From a bacterium (GTDB taxonomy: Bacteria; Patescibacteriota; Microgenomatia; UBA1400; UBA12108), in contig JAJYKS010000002.1 of the NCBI GenBank assembly GCA_021788365.1, positions 96,521 through 160,520 of the forward strand: 64,000 nt of DNA, written 5' to 3'. Made by a program: the position numbers and the translations under genes. Below are positions 38,719 through 49,337 of the stretch, in pieces. The notes beneath the pieces were generated by a model. The model saw nothing but the letters and a program-made list of their open reading frames with translations. It was not told where the DNA came from and did no database searches. Within the stretch, counting starts at the first letter, position 1; every line of letters starts with the position of its first letter.

Positions 38719-39447
38719 ATGATAGAAAATAAATACGGTCCTTATGTCACTCCAGTATTGATAGGATTATTAATTATTGGAGCATTTTTCCTTGGTTCTC
38801 TTTGGACAAAAGTGCAATTTCTTGAAAAAAATGGATCAACTTCCTTGGCGGCCGCAGCTCCTGCTGCTCCACAAGGTAATCAACCTCAGGCTCCTGCTCC
38901 TGGTCAAAAATATTCTGTAGATGTTGGCCACTTTCCAATCAAAGGTAAAGGTGATGCCAAGGTAACCATTGTGGCATTTGAAGATTTTCGTTGCCCATTT
39001 TGTGAAAAAACCTTTACTAATACTGAACCGCAGATATTCAAAGATTATGTCGATACGGGCAAGGTGAAATTTGCCTATCGGCACTATCAATTTTTAGGAG
39101 CGCCCTCAGTGGTCGCTGGGAATGCGGCGGAGTGTGCGAATGAACAGAAAAAGTTTTGGGAGTACCACGATTATCTTTATAAAAACCAACCAAGCGAATC
39201 CGATACCTCAATGTATACAACCGATAGGATGACTGAAATAGCTGGTCAACTCGGCCTTGACGTCAGTCAATTCAAATCCTGCCTAAGCAGTACCAAATAT
39301 CAAAAAAATGTTGATCAGGACTTTGCCGATGGCCAAAAAGTTGGAGTCTCGGGCACTCCAACATTCTATATAAACGGAATTCAACTTGTTGGTGCCCAAC
39401 CATATAGCGCATTTAAAACAATTATTGATCAAGAATTGTCGAAATAG
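38719..39447 (+). CDS. DsbA-family thiol oxidoreductase
   Basis: FEDFRCPFC, GVSGTPTFYING, GAQPY. Confidence 0.92.
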   Translation: MIENKYGPYVTPVLIGLLIIGAFFLGSLWTKVQFLEKNGSTSLAAAAPAAPQGNQPQAPAPGQKYSVDVGHFPIKGKGDAKVTIVAFEDFRCPFCEKTFTNTEPQIFKDYVDTGKVKFAYRHYQFLGAPSVVAGNAAECANEQKKFWEYHDYLYKNQPSESDTSMYTTDRMTEIAGQLGLDVSQFKSCLSSTKYQKNVDQDFADGQKVGVSGTPTFYINGIQLVGAQPYSAFKTIIDQELSK

Positions 39448-39455
39448 ACGCATAT

Positions 39456-39988
39456 ATGTTAGGGCAAAACTTTTTACGTATAAATTATATATAGCTAGTT
39501 TTGCCGTTGCCGCAATCTATATCATCCTCACCATTTACCTTATGAATTTTCGACTGGTGCGAGACACGATATTTGGTACCTATCCTCTCACGTACAAAAG
39601 TAGATTACTCACTGATCTGTTGGGTGGTATGTGGACGTCAATGACGGGGAAAGGGCTAGTATTACTTGTGACAACCTCTATACTTACCGGAGTCGATTTA
39701 TCACTTCTTGTAAGTCGCCTAAAGGAATTAAAACGCCAAGGGAAAACACGTTTGGTTGTAGGCGGCAGTTCTTTTCTTGGGATTATTGGCAGTGGATGTG
39801 CAGCCTGTGGGTTGCCAGTTCTGGCTCTCCTGGGACTTAGCGGCAGTGTTGCATTCCTACCTTTAAGGGGAATGGAGCTGTCATATTTTTCGGTTTTGCT
39901 TCTGCTCATGTCATTTTTAGTTTTAACGAGAACTAACACTCAACAATCCTGTACGATTAAAAATAGAAATATACATACAAATGAATAA
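39456..39988 (+). CDS. Membrane protein with GCAACG motif (start uncertain, possible 5' frameshift)
   Basis: About 4 TM segments, GSGCAACGLP. The nearest ATG (39456) is out of frame with the main ORF. Confidence 0.6.
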
Positions 39989-40277
39989 AGAATTTTTACA
40001 AAAAAACAGATATATCATTTTTGTCTTGATTGCTGTCATTCTGGGTATTATTTTTTTCCGGATAAATAATGCAAAAAATCGTACGGCATTGAAGAGCGCT
40101 CCAGCAGAGTTATCCATTTCTGGCATAAACGAAACTGCTCTTAAGGCAATGGAGGCGATTCCACAAGATAATGTACCACAAACAATAGAGAGACAAGGTC
40201 TTCAGGAATTGCTATCTAAAAGGAAAGTGGATGTTGCATTGTCATATACCCCACCACACAACGAACGAACACGTTGA
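39981..40277 (+). CDS. Hypothetical membrane-anchored protein
   Basis: N-terminal TM, overlaps the upstream stop. Confidence 0.5.
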   Translation: MNKEFLQKNRYIIFVLIAVILGIIFFRINNAKNRTALKSAPAELSISGINETALKAMEAIPQDNVPQTIERQGLQELLSKRKVDVALSYTPPHNERTR

Positions 40278-40339
40278 ACCAGGAGGACTTATGATGATGA
40301 TCGACGTGACATATTAAAAATTATTAAGGAGGTGAAAAT

Positions 40340-40732
40340 ATGAACAATAAAACATTAGTAATAATTTTAGTCGTTATGGGTATTGCAGTTGCTTACTTAG
40401 GATGGAAATCAAGTTCCATCGGCGACTCATGGACTTCTGGCGGAATATCACTATCAACAGATCCAAACCCGTTACGACCAGGGAGAGCGACCTTTATGAT
40501 CGATGTGAAGGACAAGAATGGAAAACCCGTCGACAATGCGACCGTCTCCTTTGATTTAAATATGACTACAATGAACATGGGAACTCAAAGAGGAGATGCT
40601 ACATCACAGGGGAATGGGAGGTATGCTGCAGTTGGTTCCATGTCAATGAGAGGTCCATGGCGAGTGAGAACAAGCGTCAAAATGCCCGATGGAAGCACGG
40701 AAAATAAGGACTTTACGGTTGATGTTCCTTAA
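40340..40732 (+). CDS. FixH/YtkA-like exported protein
   Basis: SD AAGGAGGTGA, DKNGKPVDNATV, MTTMNMG, GRY..MSMRGPW. Confidence 0.8.
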   Translation: MNNKTLVIILVVMGIAVAYLGWKSSSIGDSWTSGGISLSTDPNPLRPGRATFMIDVKDKNGKPVDNATVSFDLNMTTMNMGTQRGDATSQGNGRYAAVGSMSMRGPWRVRTSVKMPDGSTENKDFTVDVP

Positions 40733-40809
40733 CATCTTTATGGGGGAATATCCGGAACTAATGATATCCTCACGATTTCTTCATGTATGAATTGTTAGAC
40801 TGCAGATAT

Positions 40810-41469
40810 ATGTATGACTATGGAAACTGGTTGCTTGTATTCCTAAATATCGGAATATTTCTCTATTTTCTGAAAAGCTCATTTAAACCCAGAACAAAAA
40901 CTGACTGGCGGACATATCATTCCTTTGGAGCATTTATTGTGGCTCTTTTTGCCGAGATGTATGGTTTTCCTCTAACTATCTATGTATTAACAGCTTTATT
41001 TGGAAAAAGGCTCGGCCTTGATTTTACCCATGATAACGGACATTTACTTAATACCCTGTTGGGAATAAAGGGTAATCCTCACTTTAGTGCACTTCATATT
41101 ATCAGTTATGGCCTCATAATTGGCGGCTTTTCGCTTCTGGCTAATGCTTGGGAAGTCTTATATACAGCTCAGAAAAGACATCGCTTAGCCACTTCCGGAA
41201 TTTATACATATATTCGTCATCCTCAATACTTGGCATTTACACTCATTATCTTTGGATTTCTCGCACAATGGCCTACGCTTATCACGCTCTTAATGGCTCC
41301 GATTCTGATTTGGAGATATGTCCGTCTTGCAAGGCTTGAAGAGGTGGAGATGCGCACTCAATTTGGCATTTCCTACATTCGATATCAAAAACACACAGCA
41401 GCGTTTATTCCATCGATTAAGCAGATTCTGCAAAAAAATTCACGTAAGCTAATTCCGGCAAGTAATTAA
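40810..41469 (+). CDS. Isoprenylcysteine carboxyl methyltransferase (PEMT-like) family protein
   Basis: ALFAEMYGFPLT, LATSGIYTYIRHPQY, EE..M..QFG..Y..Y. Confidence 0.88.
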   Translation: MYDYGNWLLVFLNIGIFLYFLKSSFKPRTKTDWRTYHSFGAFIVALFAEMYGFPLTIYVLTALFGKRLGLDFTHDNGHLLNTLLGIKGNPHFSALHIISYGLIIGGFSLLANAWEVLYTAQKRHRLATSGIYTYIRHPQYLAFTLIIFGFLAQWPTLITLLMAPILIWRYVRLARLEEVEMRTQFGISYIRYQKHTAAFIPSIKQILQKNSRKLIPASN

Positions 41470-41481
41470 ACACAGGAGTTT

Positions 41482-41970
41482 ATGAATAAAGAACCCATAC
41501 GTGCAAGTGTCGCAACCCTTGCCATTCAGCTCGTCAGTCTGCTTATTTTTACTGATCTTGTGTATAGCATCATAAATTTCTTTTTGATGAAAGTATATTT
41601 TTTACAAGGTGTTTTACCCTTTGATACCCATCGCTACATCGTTTTTATCCTTGCAGCTCTTCATATTGGCAAAAGTATTTTTCAGGTGATTTTTGTGTTG
41701 AAATTCGTGATGAAATGGATTAGTGAATCGTATTTCATTGCCGAAGCACATCTGGTTAAAAGAAGCGGTATTATGAATATGATTGAGAAAACGTATGATC
41801 TGGATAACGTCAGGTCCATTACAGTCAATCAGAGTGTACTGGGAAAACTTTTTCACTTCGGCGATGTCCTTATTGAAACAAGTGCTTCCGGTGGATATAT
41901 GGATCAAATAATTCTTGCTGGAGTATCTAATCCCGAGCAATTTGAGCATAAAATCGGACGACATTTTTAG
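41482..41970 (+). CDS. Membrane protein with bacterial PH domain
   Basis: 2 TM segments, then KRSGI..VRSITVNQSVLGKLFHFGDVLIETSA. Confidence 0.8.
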   Translation: MNKEPIRASVATLAIQLVSLLIFTDLVYSIINFFLMKVYFLQGVLPFDTHRYIVFILAALHIGKSIFQVIFVLKFVMKWISESYFIAEAHLVKRSGIMNMIEKTYDLDNVRSITVNQSVLGKLFHFGDVLIETSASGGYMDQIILAGVSNPEQFEHKIGRHF

Positions 41971-42008
41971 TTTGCCAACGTACTCAAAGAGGCTCATAAT
42001 GAAATGAT

Positions 42009-44243
42009 ATGAAACACATGAATATGACAATGTATACCTGTTCAATGCATCCGGAAGTAATGAAAGAATCTCCTGGAACGTGTCCAAAATGCGGCATGAC
42101 GCTGATACCTACTGAGATGAGCCACGAGCCAACAGATTTTTCCACTCGTTCTGAGCATGCCTCTCATACGATGAAGTCAACAGCAGAAATGACTTTTTGG
42201 GCAAAGCTCAAAATGAGCATGACGATGACCATGGGTATGGATCACACCGGTCTTGCAGGTCGTGAAATGGCAAAACTCATGGAAGAGGACATTCGGAATA
42301 AATTCTTTTTTGCACTTCTTTTAACGATACCGATTTTGGTGTATTCCATGGGAAGGACGATGTTTGGTTGGAGCCTGCCATCTCCTTTGCCTTACTCATG
42401 GATACTCTTTATTCTTACAACACCAGTATTTTTCTACAGTGGTTGGTTATTTTTGTATTCTTCCTTTTTTGAGCTAAAGACGCTCCGTCTTGGTATGTCA
42501 GTCCTCATCGCGGTCGGTATTTCGGCTGCATATGGGTTTAGTGTAGTCTTAACACTCCTAGGAAGTAACGACTCCTATTACGAAGCAGCCGCCATGTTGA
42601 TCACCTTTGTCCTCTTTGGCCACTGGATGGAAATGAAATCGCGGCGTGGAACCACTGATGCACTTCAGGCACTTTTTAATATCGTTCCGCCACAAGCGAG
42701 GCTTTGGAAAAATGGAGTTGAATCAACGGTTCCTACAGCAAGTATAGTTCTAGGCGATATTCTCATTTTAAAGCCAGGCGACAAAGTGCCGGTTGATGGT
42801 GAAATTTTCGAGGGAGAGACAGCAATAGATGAATCTCTCGTTACGGGTGAATCGCTCCCTGTTGCAAAATCTGTCGGAAACTCCGTTATTGGCGGATCAA
42901 TTAATACATCTGGATCGGTAAAATTCAAAGCTACAAAAGTTGGTGGTGACACAGCTCTTGCCCAAATTGTAAAAATGGTTGAGACTGCTCAAAATTCCAA
43001 AGCTCCGGGACAAAAAATTGCCGATCAATTTGCGAAATATCTGGTCATTGTTGCAGTTGGTGGTGGATTATTAACGTTTGGCATTTGGTTTTTTGTCATG
43101 GGTCAACCGTTACTCTTTGCGCTTACCTTTGCTATTTCCACCGTTGTTATTGCCTGTCCTGATGCTTTGGGTCTTGCGACTCCGACAGCGGTAGCTGTGG
43201 GAACAGGATTGGGAGCAAAACACAACATCCTTATCAAAGACGCTCCGACACTTGAGCAGGTCTCAAAGATTCAATCAGTCGTTTTGGATAAAACGGGAAC
43301 ACTAACCGAAGGAAAACCCCGTATAACCGATGTGGTAGCGGCAAATGGATTTACCGAAGACCAGATTATCGAGCTTGATAGTGCAGCCGAGGCAAAATCT
43401 TCTCACCCTTTAAGCATGGCAGTGCTTGAGGAAGCAAAACGCAGAAATCTTACGGTACCGACTCAGGTGGAAAAATTTAACAATCTCGCCGGTCACGGAG
43501 TTGAGGCGGTAGTAAATGGCAAACATATTCTTGTAGGGACAACGAAACTAATGAATGACTGGAAAGTAGATATGACGCCGATTCAATCAGATATAGAGCG
43601 ACTTCTTACTGAGGGAAAAACAATAATGATTTTGGCAGTAGATAAAAAAATCGCTGGTGTTGCAGCGGCATCCGATCCAATAAAAACAAATGCTAAAGTG
43701 GCAATCAACCGTATGAAAGAAATGGGTCTTGAAGTTGCGATGATTACCGGTGATAACAAAAAGACCGCTGAAGCAATTGGGAAAGAGCTTGGAATCAATA
43801 GAATTTTCTCTGAAGTATTGCCTGAGGATAAAGCGTCATATGTCAAAAAGTTACAGTCAGAGGGTAAGTTTACTGCCATGGTCGGCGACGGCGTCAATGA
43901 CGCTCCGGCTCTTGCACAGGCCGATATTGGCATTGCTATAGGAGCAGGAACCGATGTTGCCATCGAAACCGCCAAAGTCGTGCTGATGAAATCAGATCCT
44001 GCAGATATTTTACGTGCCATACGCTTATCAAAAGCAACAGTCAGAAAAATGAAAGAAAATCTTGTCTGGGCAAGTATGTATAATCTGTTGGCTATTCCAA
44101 TAGCTGCTGGGGTACTGTATCCTCGATTTGGTATCACTCTCCGCCCGGAGTTTTCAGCCCTATTAATGAGCATTTCCTCAATTATTGTTGCCACTAACGC
44201 AGTATTATTAAAGCGTGCGGAAAAGAGCTTAATCACTGTATAA
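42009..44243 (+). CDS. Copper-translocating P1B ATPase (CPD motif, Met/His-rich N-terminus)
   Basis: YTCSMHPEV..CPKCGM, IACPDALGLATP, DKTGTLT, YNLLAIP, LMSISS. Confidence 0.93.
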   Translation: MKHMNMTMYTCSMHPEVMKESPGTCPKCGMTLIPTEMSHEPTDFSTRSEHASHTMKSTAEMTFWAKLKMSMTMTMGMDHTGLAGREMAKLMEEDIRNKFFFALLLTIPILVYSMGRTMFGWSLPSPLPYSWILFILTTPVFFYSGWLFLYSSFFELKTLRLGMSVLIAVGISAAYGFSVVLTLLGSNDSYYEAAAMLITFVLFGHWMEMKSRRGTTDALQALFNIVPPQARLWKNGVESTVPTASIVLGDILILKPGDKVPVDGEIFEGETAIDESLVTGESLPVAKSVGNSVIGGSINTSGSVKFKATKVGGDTALAQIVKMVETAQNSKAPGQKIADQFAKYLVIVAVGGGLLTFGIWFFVMGQPLLFALTFAISTVVIACPDALGLATPTAVAVGTGLGAKHNILIKDAPTLEQVSKIQSVVLDKTGTLTEGKPRITDVVAANGFTEDQIIELDSAAEAKSSHPLSMAVLEEAKRRNLTVPTQVEKFNNLAGHGVEAVVNGKHILVGTTKLMNDWKVDMTPIQSDIERLLTEGKTIMILAVDKKIAGVAAASDPIKTNAKVAINRMKEMGLEVAMITGDNKKTAEAIGKELGINRIFSEVLPEDKASYVKKLQSEGKFTAMVGDGVNDAPALAQADIGIAIGAGTDVAIETAKVVLMKSDPADILRAIRLSKATVRKMKENLVWASMYNLLAIPIAAGVLYPRFGITLRPEFSALLMSISSIIVATNAVLLKRAEKSLITV

Positions 44244-44252
44244 TGATGGTAT

Positions 44253-44732
44253 ATGTTTCTGATAGTTTTTGGTGCTAAGTATCTTTATATAGTAGTTGGC
44301 TTGATTGCTATCACAGTATTTTTTTTATCGAGTATTCAGATAAAAAATAAACTACTATTACTTGCCGCTGTGGTTTTCCCAATTAGTTATCTTTTATCAA
44401 AACTGTTTGGATATTTCATACAAAGTCCACGCCCTTTTATTGTCAGCCATATAAAACCACTTATTGATGCGTCAAATGACAACGGCTTCCCCTCCGACCA
44501 TACACTATTAGCTATGGCAGTTGCTTCAGTGATTTTTGTGTATAATCGAAAAGTTGGAAGTCTATTAATATTACTAGCTATCCTTGTTGGATTATCGAGA
44601 GTATTAGTGGGTGTTCACCATCCTATTGATGTTATAGGGAGTATTGTCATCGCAATATTCACGACATATATAGTATATACATATCCTTTTAAGGATTTGG
44701 GAAAGAAAATACAGGTAAATAAAAAATTATGA
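44253..44732 (+). CDS. PAP2-family undecaprenyl-diphosphatase (BcrC-like)
   Basis: PRPF, FPSDH, SRVLVGVHHPID. Confidence 0.88.
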   Translation: MFLIVFGAKYLYIVVGLIAITVFFLSSIQIKNKLLLLAAVVFPISYLLSKLFGYFIQSPRPFIVSHIKPLIDASNDNGFPSDHTLLAMAVASVIFVYNRKVGSLLILLAILVGLSRVLVGVHHPIDVIGSIVIAIFTTYIVYTYPFKDLGKKIQVNKKL

Positions 44733-45325
44733 AGTTGCTTAAAATATCATTGCTCCTGCTAAGCTTTATTGCGCTCTTTTTTGGACACAGTCCGTTAGTC
44801 TACGCACAAGTGATGATGGGGCGATTTACTTCTCCTAATCCTTCAGAGCCTTCTTCTATATCTTCAACAGTAAAAGATGAGGCAGATGGAAAAGTCATAT
44901 ATGAGCTACTACAGTCCAAACAAAAATCATGCAAAGATCTCTCTGATGATGACTTTGATGTCTTAGGTGACTACTTTATGAGTCAGCGGGTAGGGAATAC
45001 CCAAACGCATGACTCAATGAATACCATGATGGGAAACATGATGGGCGAAGACGGCGAGAAACAGATGCACATTTCACTGGGTAAACGCTTGAGCGGCTGT
45101 ATTGCGGATGCACCTCTTCCAGCTCAAGGCACAAACTTTTTGCCAATGATGGGACTTGGCGGAATGATGAACGGTGGCATAAACAACTGGGGTGATCGGA
45201 GTTCTATGATGGGTTTTGGTTCATCTGGTTCACTCTTAGAATCTGTCATATTAATTCTGGTTGTCATCTTCCTTGTTTTGGGAATTATCTATTTCTGGAA
45301 AGAAATCAATCGAAAAAAGAAGTAG
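44729..45325 (+). CDS. Met-rich exported/membrane protein
   Basis: Signal peptide, C..LSDDDF..LGDYFM, HDSMNTMM..MH..LGKRLSGC, C-terminal TM. Confidence 0.75.
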   Translation: MKLLKISLLLLSFIALFFGHSPLVYAQVMMGRFTSPNPSEPSSISSTVKDEADGKVIYELLQSKQKSCKDLSDDDFDVLGDYFMSQRVGNTQTHDSMNTMMGNMMGEDGEKQMHISLGKRLSGCIADAPLPAQGTNFLPMMGLGGMMNGGINNWGDRSSMMGFGSSGSLLESVILILVVIFLVLGIIYFWKEINRKKK

Positions 45326-45367
45326 TGTGCCTTATTTCATGAAGTCGCAATATCGTACAATATAGAC

Positions 45368-47263
45368 ATGCTCATCATAGAAATTTTTAAAGAAACCAAG
45401 TTTAGGCGCTTAGTTGCAACCCTTCTTCTTATTATTCCACTTGAAATTTTATCTCTTTTTTCAATCCATTTACCGAAATTTGTGGAGTACCCGTTATTTG
45501 CCGCAGTCATTTTTATCTATGGTAAAGACGTCATTCTTGGTGGTTTGCATAGTTTGATTCGGCTCAAATTTTCCAACATTAACCTTCTCATGACTATCTC
45601 CACTTTTGGTGCCCTCTTTTTAGGAGAGCTCGAGGAAGCAGCTATCATTATTGTTCTCTTTGCCATCAGTGAGGCGCTTGAGGAATTTGGCATTACCAAA
45701 AGTCAGAATGCCCTTGAAGAGCTAGTAGAACAGACTCCCAAAACAGCTTTATTGAAAGGACAGGAAACCAAAACATCAATAGAAAATATCTCATTCGATG
45801 ATGTTGTGATTGTCAAACCTGGAGACTATATTCCTCTGGACGGCATTGTAGTTAAAGGTAAGTCTTTGGTGGACGAGAGCAGTATTACCGGCGAACCGCT
45901 TCCTAAGAGTAAATATAGTGGTGAAGTGGTATATGCCGGAACTCTTAATAGTCAAGGCTACTTGGAAATTAAGGTCACCAAAACCTCAAAGGATTCTACG
46001 TTAGCCAAAATTGTTGATCTGACATTTCAAGCTGCCGAAAGAAAGTCTCAGGCCGCTACGTTCATTGAAAAATTTGCTTCATATTACACTCCTGCTGTCC
46101 TGGTTGTTGCAGCCTTGTTGGTTGTTATACCGGTAGTATTTTTTGCTCAGCCATTTACTCCCTGGTTTACCCAAAGCCTGACTCTACTTCTTATCGCCTG
46201 TCCGTGTGCTCTGGTTATATCTACTCCAATTACAATATTTTCCGCTATCGGGAATGCAACAAGACGGGGTGTTCTTATCAAAGGAGGTCAATTTTTAGAG
46301 GAAATGGGAAGAATAAAGGCAATCGCCTTTGACAAAACACGAACATTAACAAAAGGAGAACCTGTGGTTTCTGATGTCATACCGTTAAACGGATATTCCA
46401 AAGGGGAGCTACTGGCATGCGTAGCTGGCGCAGAAGCATTCTCCGAACACCCGATTGCCAAAAGCATTATTGACATCTCTAAGAATTTTCCGGATATCAA
46501 AGACCATCAGTACGCCAACTTTAAAGCTATTATAGGAAAGGGTATCACCGGTGAATGTATGGTCTGCGTAGATAAACATCACTGCATCGGCACGTTACAG
46601 TTCGTGATGGAAGAGCACAAAGTAGATGAGCGCGTCATAAAAATTGTTGAGGAATTTGAAAAAGAAGGCAAAACGACCATAATTGTCAGCGACGATAAAA
46701 AGCTTGAAGGTATTATTGGGATTGTTGATGAGATCAGATCGGAAAGCACATCTGCAATAAAAGAATTACATACGCTTGGACTTAAAACTGCAATCCTAAC
46801 CGGAGATAATGCATCGGCGGCTTCATATGTGGCAAACGCAGTTAATATAGATGAAGTTCATGCGAAGCTCTTGCCTGATGAAAAAGTTATCCAACTGAAA
46901 AATTTAGTTACGAAATACAAAGATGTGGCAATGGTCGGTGATGGAGTAAATGATGCTCCGTCACTCTCTACTGCATCTGTTGGAATAGCTATGGGGGCTA
47001 TTGGCTCCGAAGTAGCAGTTGAAAACGCCGACATAGCGCTTATGAACAATAACCTAAATCTCATTCCGTTTCTGGTAAAATTAGGCCGAGCTTCCGGTAA
47101 TACCATCCGAATGAATGTCTCTCTGGCCATAGCAGTTAAAGCTGTTTTTCTTTTATTGGCGCTCTTAGGGAAAAGTAATCTGGCTTTGGCTATATTCGCA
47201 GATGTAGGTGTTGCCGTGATCGTTGTTATAAACGGTTTAAGTCTCTTGAATTATTCCCCATAA
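45368..47263 (+). CDS. Zn/Cd/Pb-type P1B ATPase (CadA/ZntA-like, no HMA domain)
   Basis: ACPCALVIS, DKTRTLT (variant), SEHPIA, GDGVND, TM K and FADVG. Confidence 0.9.
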   Translation: MLIIEIFKETKFRRLVATLLLIIPLEILSLFSIHLPKFVEYPLFAAVIFIYGKDVILGGLHSLIRLKFSNINLLMTISTFGALFLGELEEAAIIIVLFAISEALEEFGITKSQNALEELVEQTPKTALLKGQETKTSIENISFDDVVIVKPGDYIPLDGIVVKGKSLVDESSITGEPLPKSKYSGEVVYAGTLNSQGYLEIKVTKTSKDSTLAKIVDLTFQAAERKSQAATFIEKFASYYTPAVLVVAALLVVIPVVFFAQPFTPWFTQSLTLLLIACPCALVISTPITIFSAIGNATRRGVLIKGGQFLEEMGRIKAIAFDKTRTLTKGEPVVSDVIPLNGYSKGELLACVAGAEAFSEHPIAKSIIDISKNFPDIKDHQYANFKAIIGKGITGECMVCVDKHHCIGTLQFVMEEHKVDERVIKIVEEFEKEGKTTIIVSDDKKLEGIIGIVDEIRSESTSAIKELHTLGLKTAILTGDNASAASYVANAVNIDEVHAKLLPDEKVIQLKNLVTKYKDVAMVGDGVNDAPSLSTASVGIAMGAIGSEVAVENADIALMNNNLNLIPFLVKLGRASGNTIRMNVSLAIAVKAVFLLLALLGKSNLALAIFADVGVAVIVVINGLSLLNYSP

Positions 47264-47304
47264 TCTTCATAAAATCTTAATATCTGTTTTTGTATGCTTT
47301 GATA

Positions 47305-49113
47305 ATGAAAACACAAAAAGTTCATATCAAAGGCATGCACTGTCGGTCGTGCGAAATCCTCATTGAGGATGAATTAAAACAAATTTCCGGGGTTAAAGGT
47401 GTCAACGTAAACCATCAAACAGGAATTGCAGACATAGAATGCGAGTGTGAACTGAACAGTGATGAGGTAAAGGTAGCTATAGAAAAAGCGGGTTATACTA
47501 TTGGTGAGGACGGTAAAATTCATTTTTTCTCACGCAATCACCGTGATTATATTGATGTCGGCATCGCCTTCTTTATTGCCACAGCATTATTTTTAATAGC
47601 TAAATCTCTGGGACTTTTTGACCTTAGTAAATCTATCTCAGGGAGTTATTCAAGTCTCCCGATCGTTTTCCTCGTTGGCTTAACTGCAGGGGTATCAACA
47701 TGTATGGCACTAGTTGGTGGATTGGTCCTCGGAGCTTCAGCACGTTTTTCAGCGCAATTCCCCAATGCAACCGGCATGGAAAAATTCAAACCACACCTGT
47801 TTTTTAATCTTGGCAGAATCGCTTCATATACTATTCTCGGGGGAGTTATTGGACTTGCCGGATCATTCATTCAGTTATCGACCTCCGTACTAGGTCTATT
47901 AACAGTAGCTGTTGGACTCGTCATGATGCTACTCGGAGGCCAACTCATCGACATCTTTCCAGTCCTCAAAAAGGTCTCATTCACCTTGCCAAAAGGAATA
48001 TCAAGAGCACTGGGTATTCAGGAGAAAACTCAGCTTGAGTACAGCAATAAAAATGCTGCCATCATGGGTGCATCGACATTTTTTCTTCCCTGTGGTTTCA
48101 CTCAGGCAATGCAACTGTTTGCCATGAGCACCGGAAGTCCAGTACAGGGAGCCTTAACTATGGGTGTTTTTGCCTTGGGCACAGCACCTGGCCTACTCGG
48201 TGTTGGCGGGTTATCGGCAGCTGTGAAAGGTAACTCTGCAAAGTTATTTTTCAAAACAGCCGGTGTTGTCGTTATTATGCTGGCGTTCTTTAATGTCTCA
48301 AACGGCCTTAACTTACTTGGTGTTCCTCAAGTGCTCGGAGCGATTACGGCAAATACAAGTGCTCCAAATTCTAGCTACGATCCGAATGTCACCATCGTAA
48401 ATGGTGTTCAGGTAGTTCGAATGACACAGGATTCTTCCGGATATTCACCAAATAAGTTTACGATCAAAAATAATGTTCCAGTCAAATGGATTGTAACATC
48501 AAAAGATGTCTTTACCTGCGCCAGCAGTATTGTGTCTCAACAACTTGATATTCGCAAGGGATTGGCATTGGGTGAAAATATATTTGAATTTACTCCAACT
48601 CAAACAGGTACTATTCGTTTTTCATGCTCAATGGGTATGTATAACGGATCATTCATAGTGGTTGATGATGCGGGTGCAACAAACTTCACACCGCTGCAGG
48701 AAAAAGCACCAATCGTACAAAACCAACCTGTTTCCGGTGCCGGTGCTTCATGTAGCGCTAACGGTGGAGGATGTGGATGCGGCGGAGGAACGAGAAAGCA
48801 GGTAACTACTTCCGCAGGAGAGACAAATACGCAAGGAACTGTTCAAATCTTGAAGGCAACCTATTCTTCTTTGAGCGATATAAAGCCAAATACTTTTACT
48901 GTTAAAGCGAATCAACCAGTACGATTTGAAATTGACGCCACTGATGATGGTCAGGGGTGTATGGGGAGCGTGACTATTCCGAGGCTTACCAATAAAGTTG
49001 AAGTATTCTCCAAAGGTCAAAAGACCGTCTTTGAATTTACCCCTACGAGTACTGGTTCATTTCCTATCACCTGCGCAATGGGAATTCCGAGGGGACAAAT
49101 ACAAGTTAATTAA
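47305..49113 (+). CDS. HMA + DsbD_2/TauE-like + two cupredoxin-like domains
   Basis: GMHCRSC, STCMALVGG, FLPCGFTQAMQ, FSCSMGMY, ITCAMG. Confidence 0.85.
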   Translation: MKTQKVHIKGMHCRSCEILIEDELKQISGVKGVNVNHQTGIADIECECELNSDEVKVAIEKAGYTIGEDGKIHFFSRNHRDYIDVGIAFFIATALFLIAKSLGLFDLSKSISGSYSSLPIVFLVGLTAGVSTCMALVGGLVLGASARFSAQFPNATGMEKFKPHLFFNLGRIASYTILGGVIGLAGSFIQLSTSVLGLLTVAVGLVMMLLGGQLIDIFPVLKKVSFTLPKGISRALGIQEKTQLEYSNKNAAIMGASTFFLPCGFTQAMQLFAMSTGSPVQGALTMGVFALGTAPGLLGVGGLSAAVKGNSAKLFFKTAGVVVIMLAFFNVSNGLNLLGVPQVLGAITANTSAPNSSYDPNVTIVNGVQVVRMTQDSSGYSPNKFTIKNNVPVKWIVTSKDVFTCASSIVSQQLDIRKGLALGENIFEFTPTQTGTIRFSCSMGMYNGSFIVVDDAGATNFTPLQEKAPIVQNQPVSGAGASCSANGGGCGCGGGTRKQVTTSAGETNTQGTVQILKATYSSLSDIKPNTFTVKANQPVRFEIDATDDGQGCMGSVTIPRLTNKVEVFSKGQKTVFEFTPTSTGSFPITCAMGIPRGQIQVN

Positions 49114-49123
49114 AGGAGGATTT

Positions 49124-49327
49124 ATGAATAAACAAACAATCACATTATCAGGCCTAACCTGCGCAGCCTGCAAAAAAATTACCGAAAAAAGAATTGGCGG
49201 ACTGGATGGTGTTACAAAAGTTGAGACGACGGTTGAAACAGGTTTGGTTGCAATCGAAGCCAATAGGGAAATTTCTGCCCAAGAAATTATTACTGTATTA
49301 AAAGACACACCTTATAAAATTATTTAA
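49124..49327 (+). CDS. CopZ-like copper chaperone
   Basis: [18 protein letters not shown], 67 aa. Confidence 0.85.
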   Translation: MNKQTITLSGLTCAACKKITEKRIGGLDGVTKVETTVETGLVAIEANREISAQEIITVLKDTPYKII

Positions 49328-49337
49328 CAAAAAAACT

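Noticed and set aside
41975-45360. Further heptamer boxes before 42009 and 45368
   Set aside because: The matches are degenerate and the spacing does not fit the 11-bp rule, so they were not counted in the regulon.
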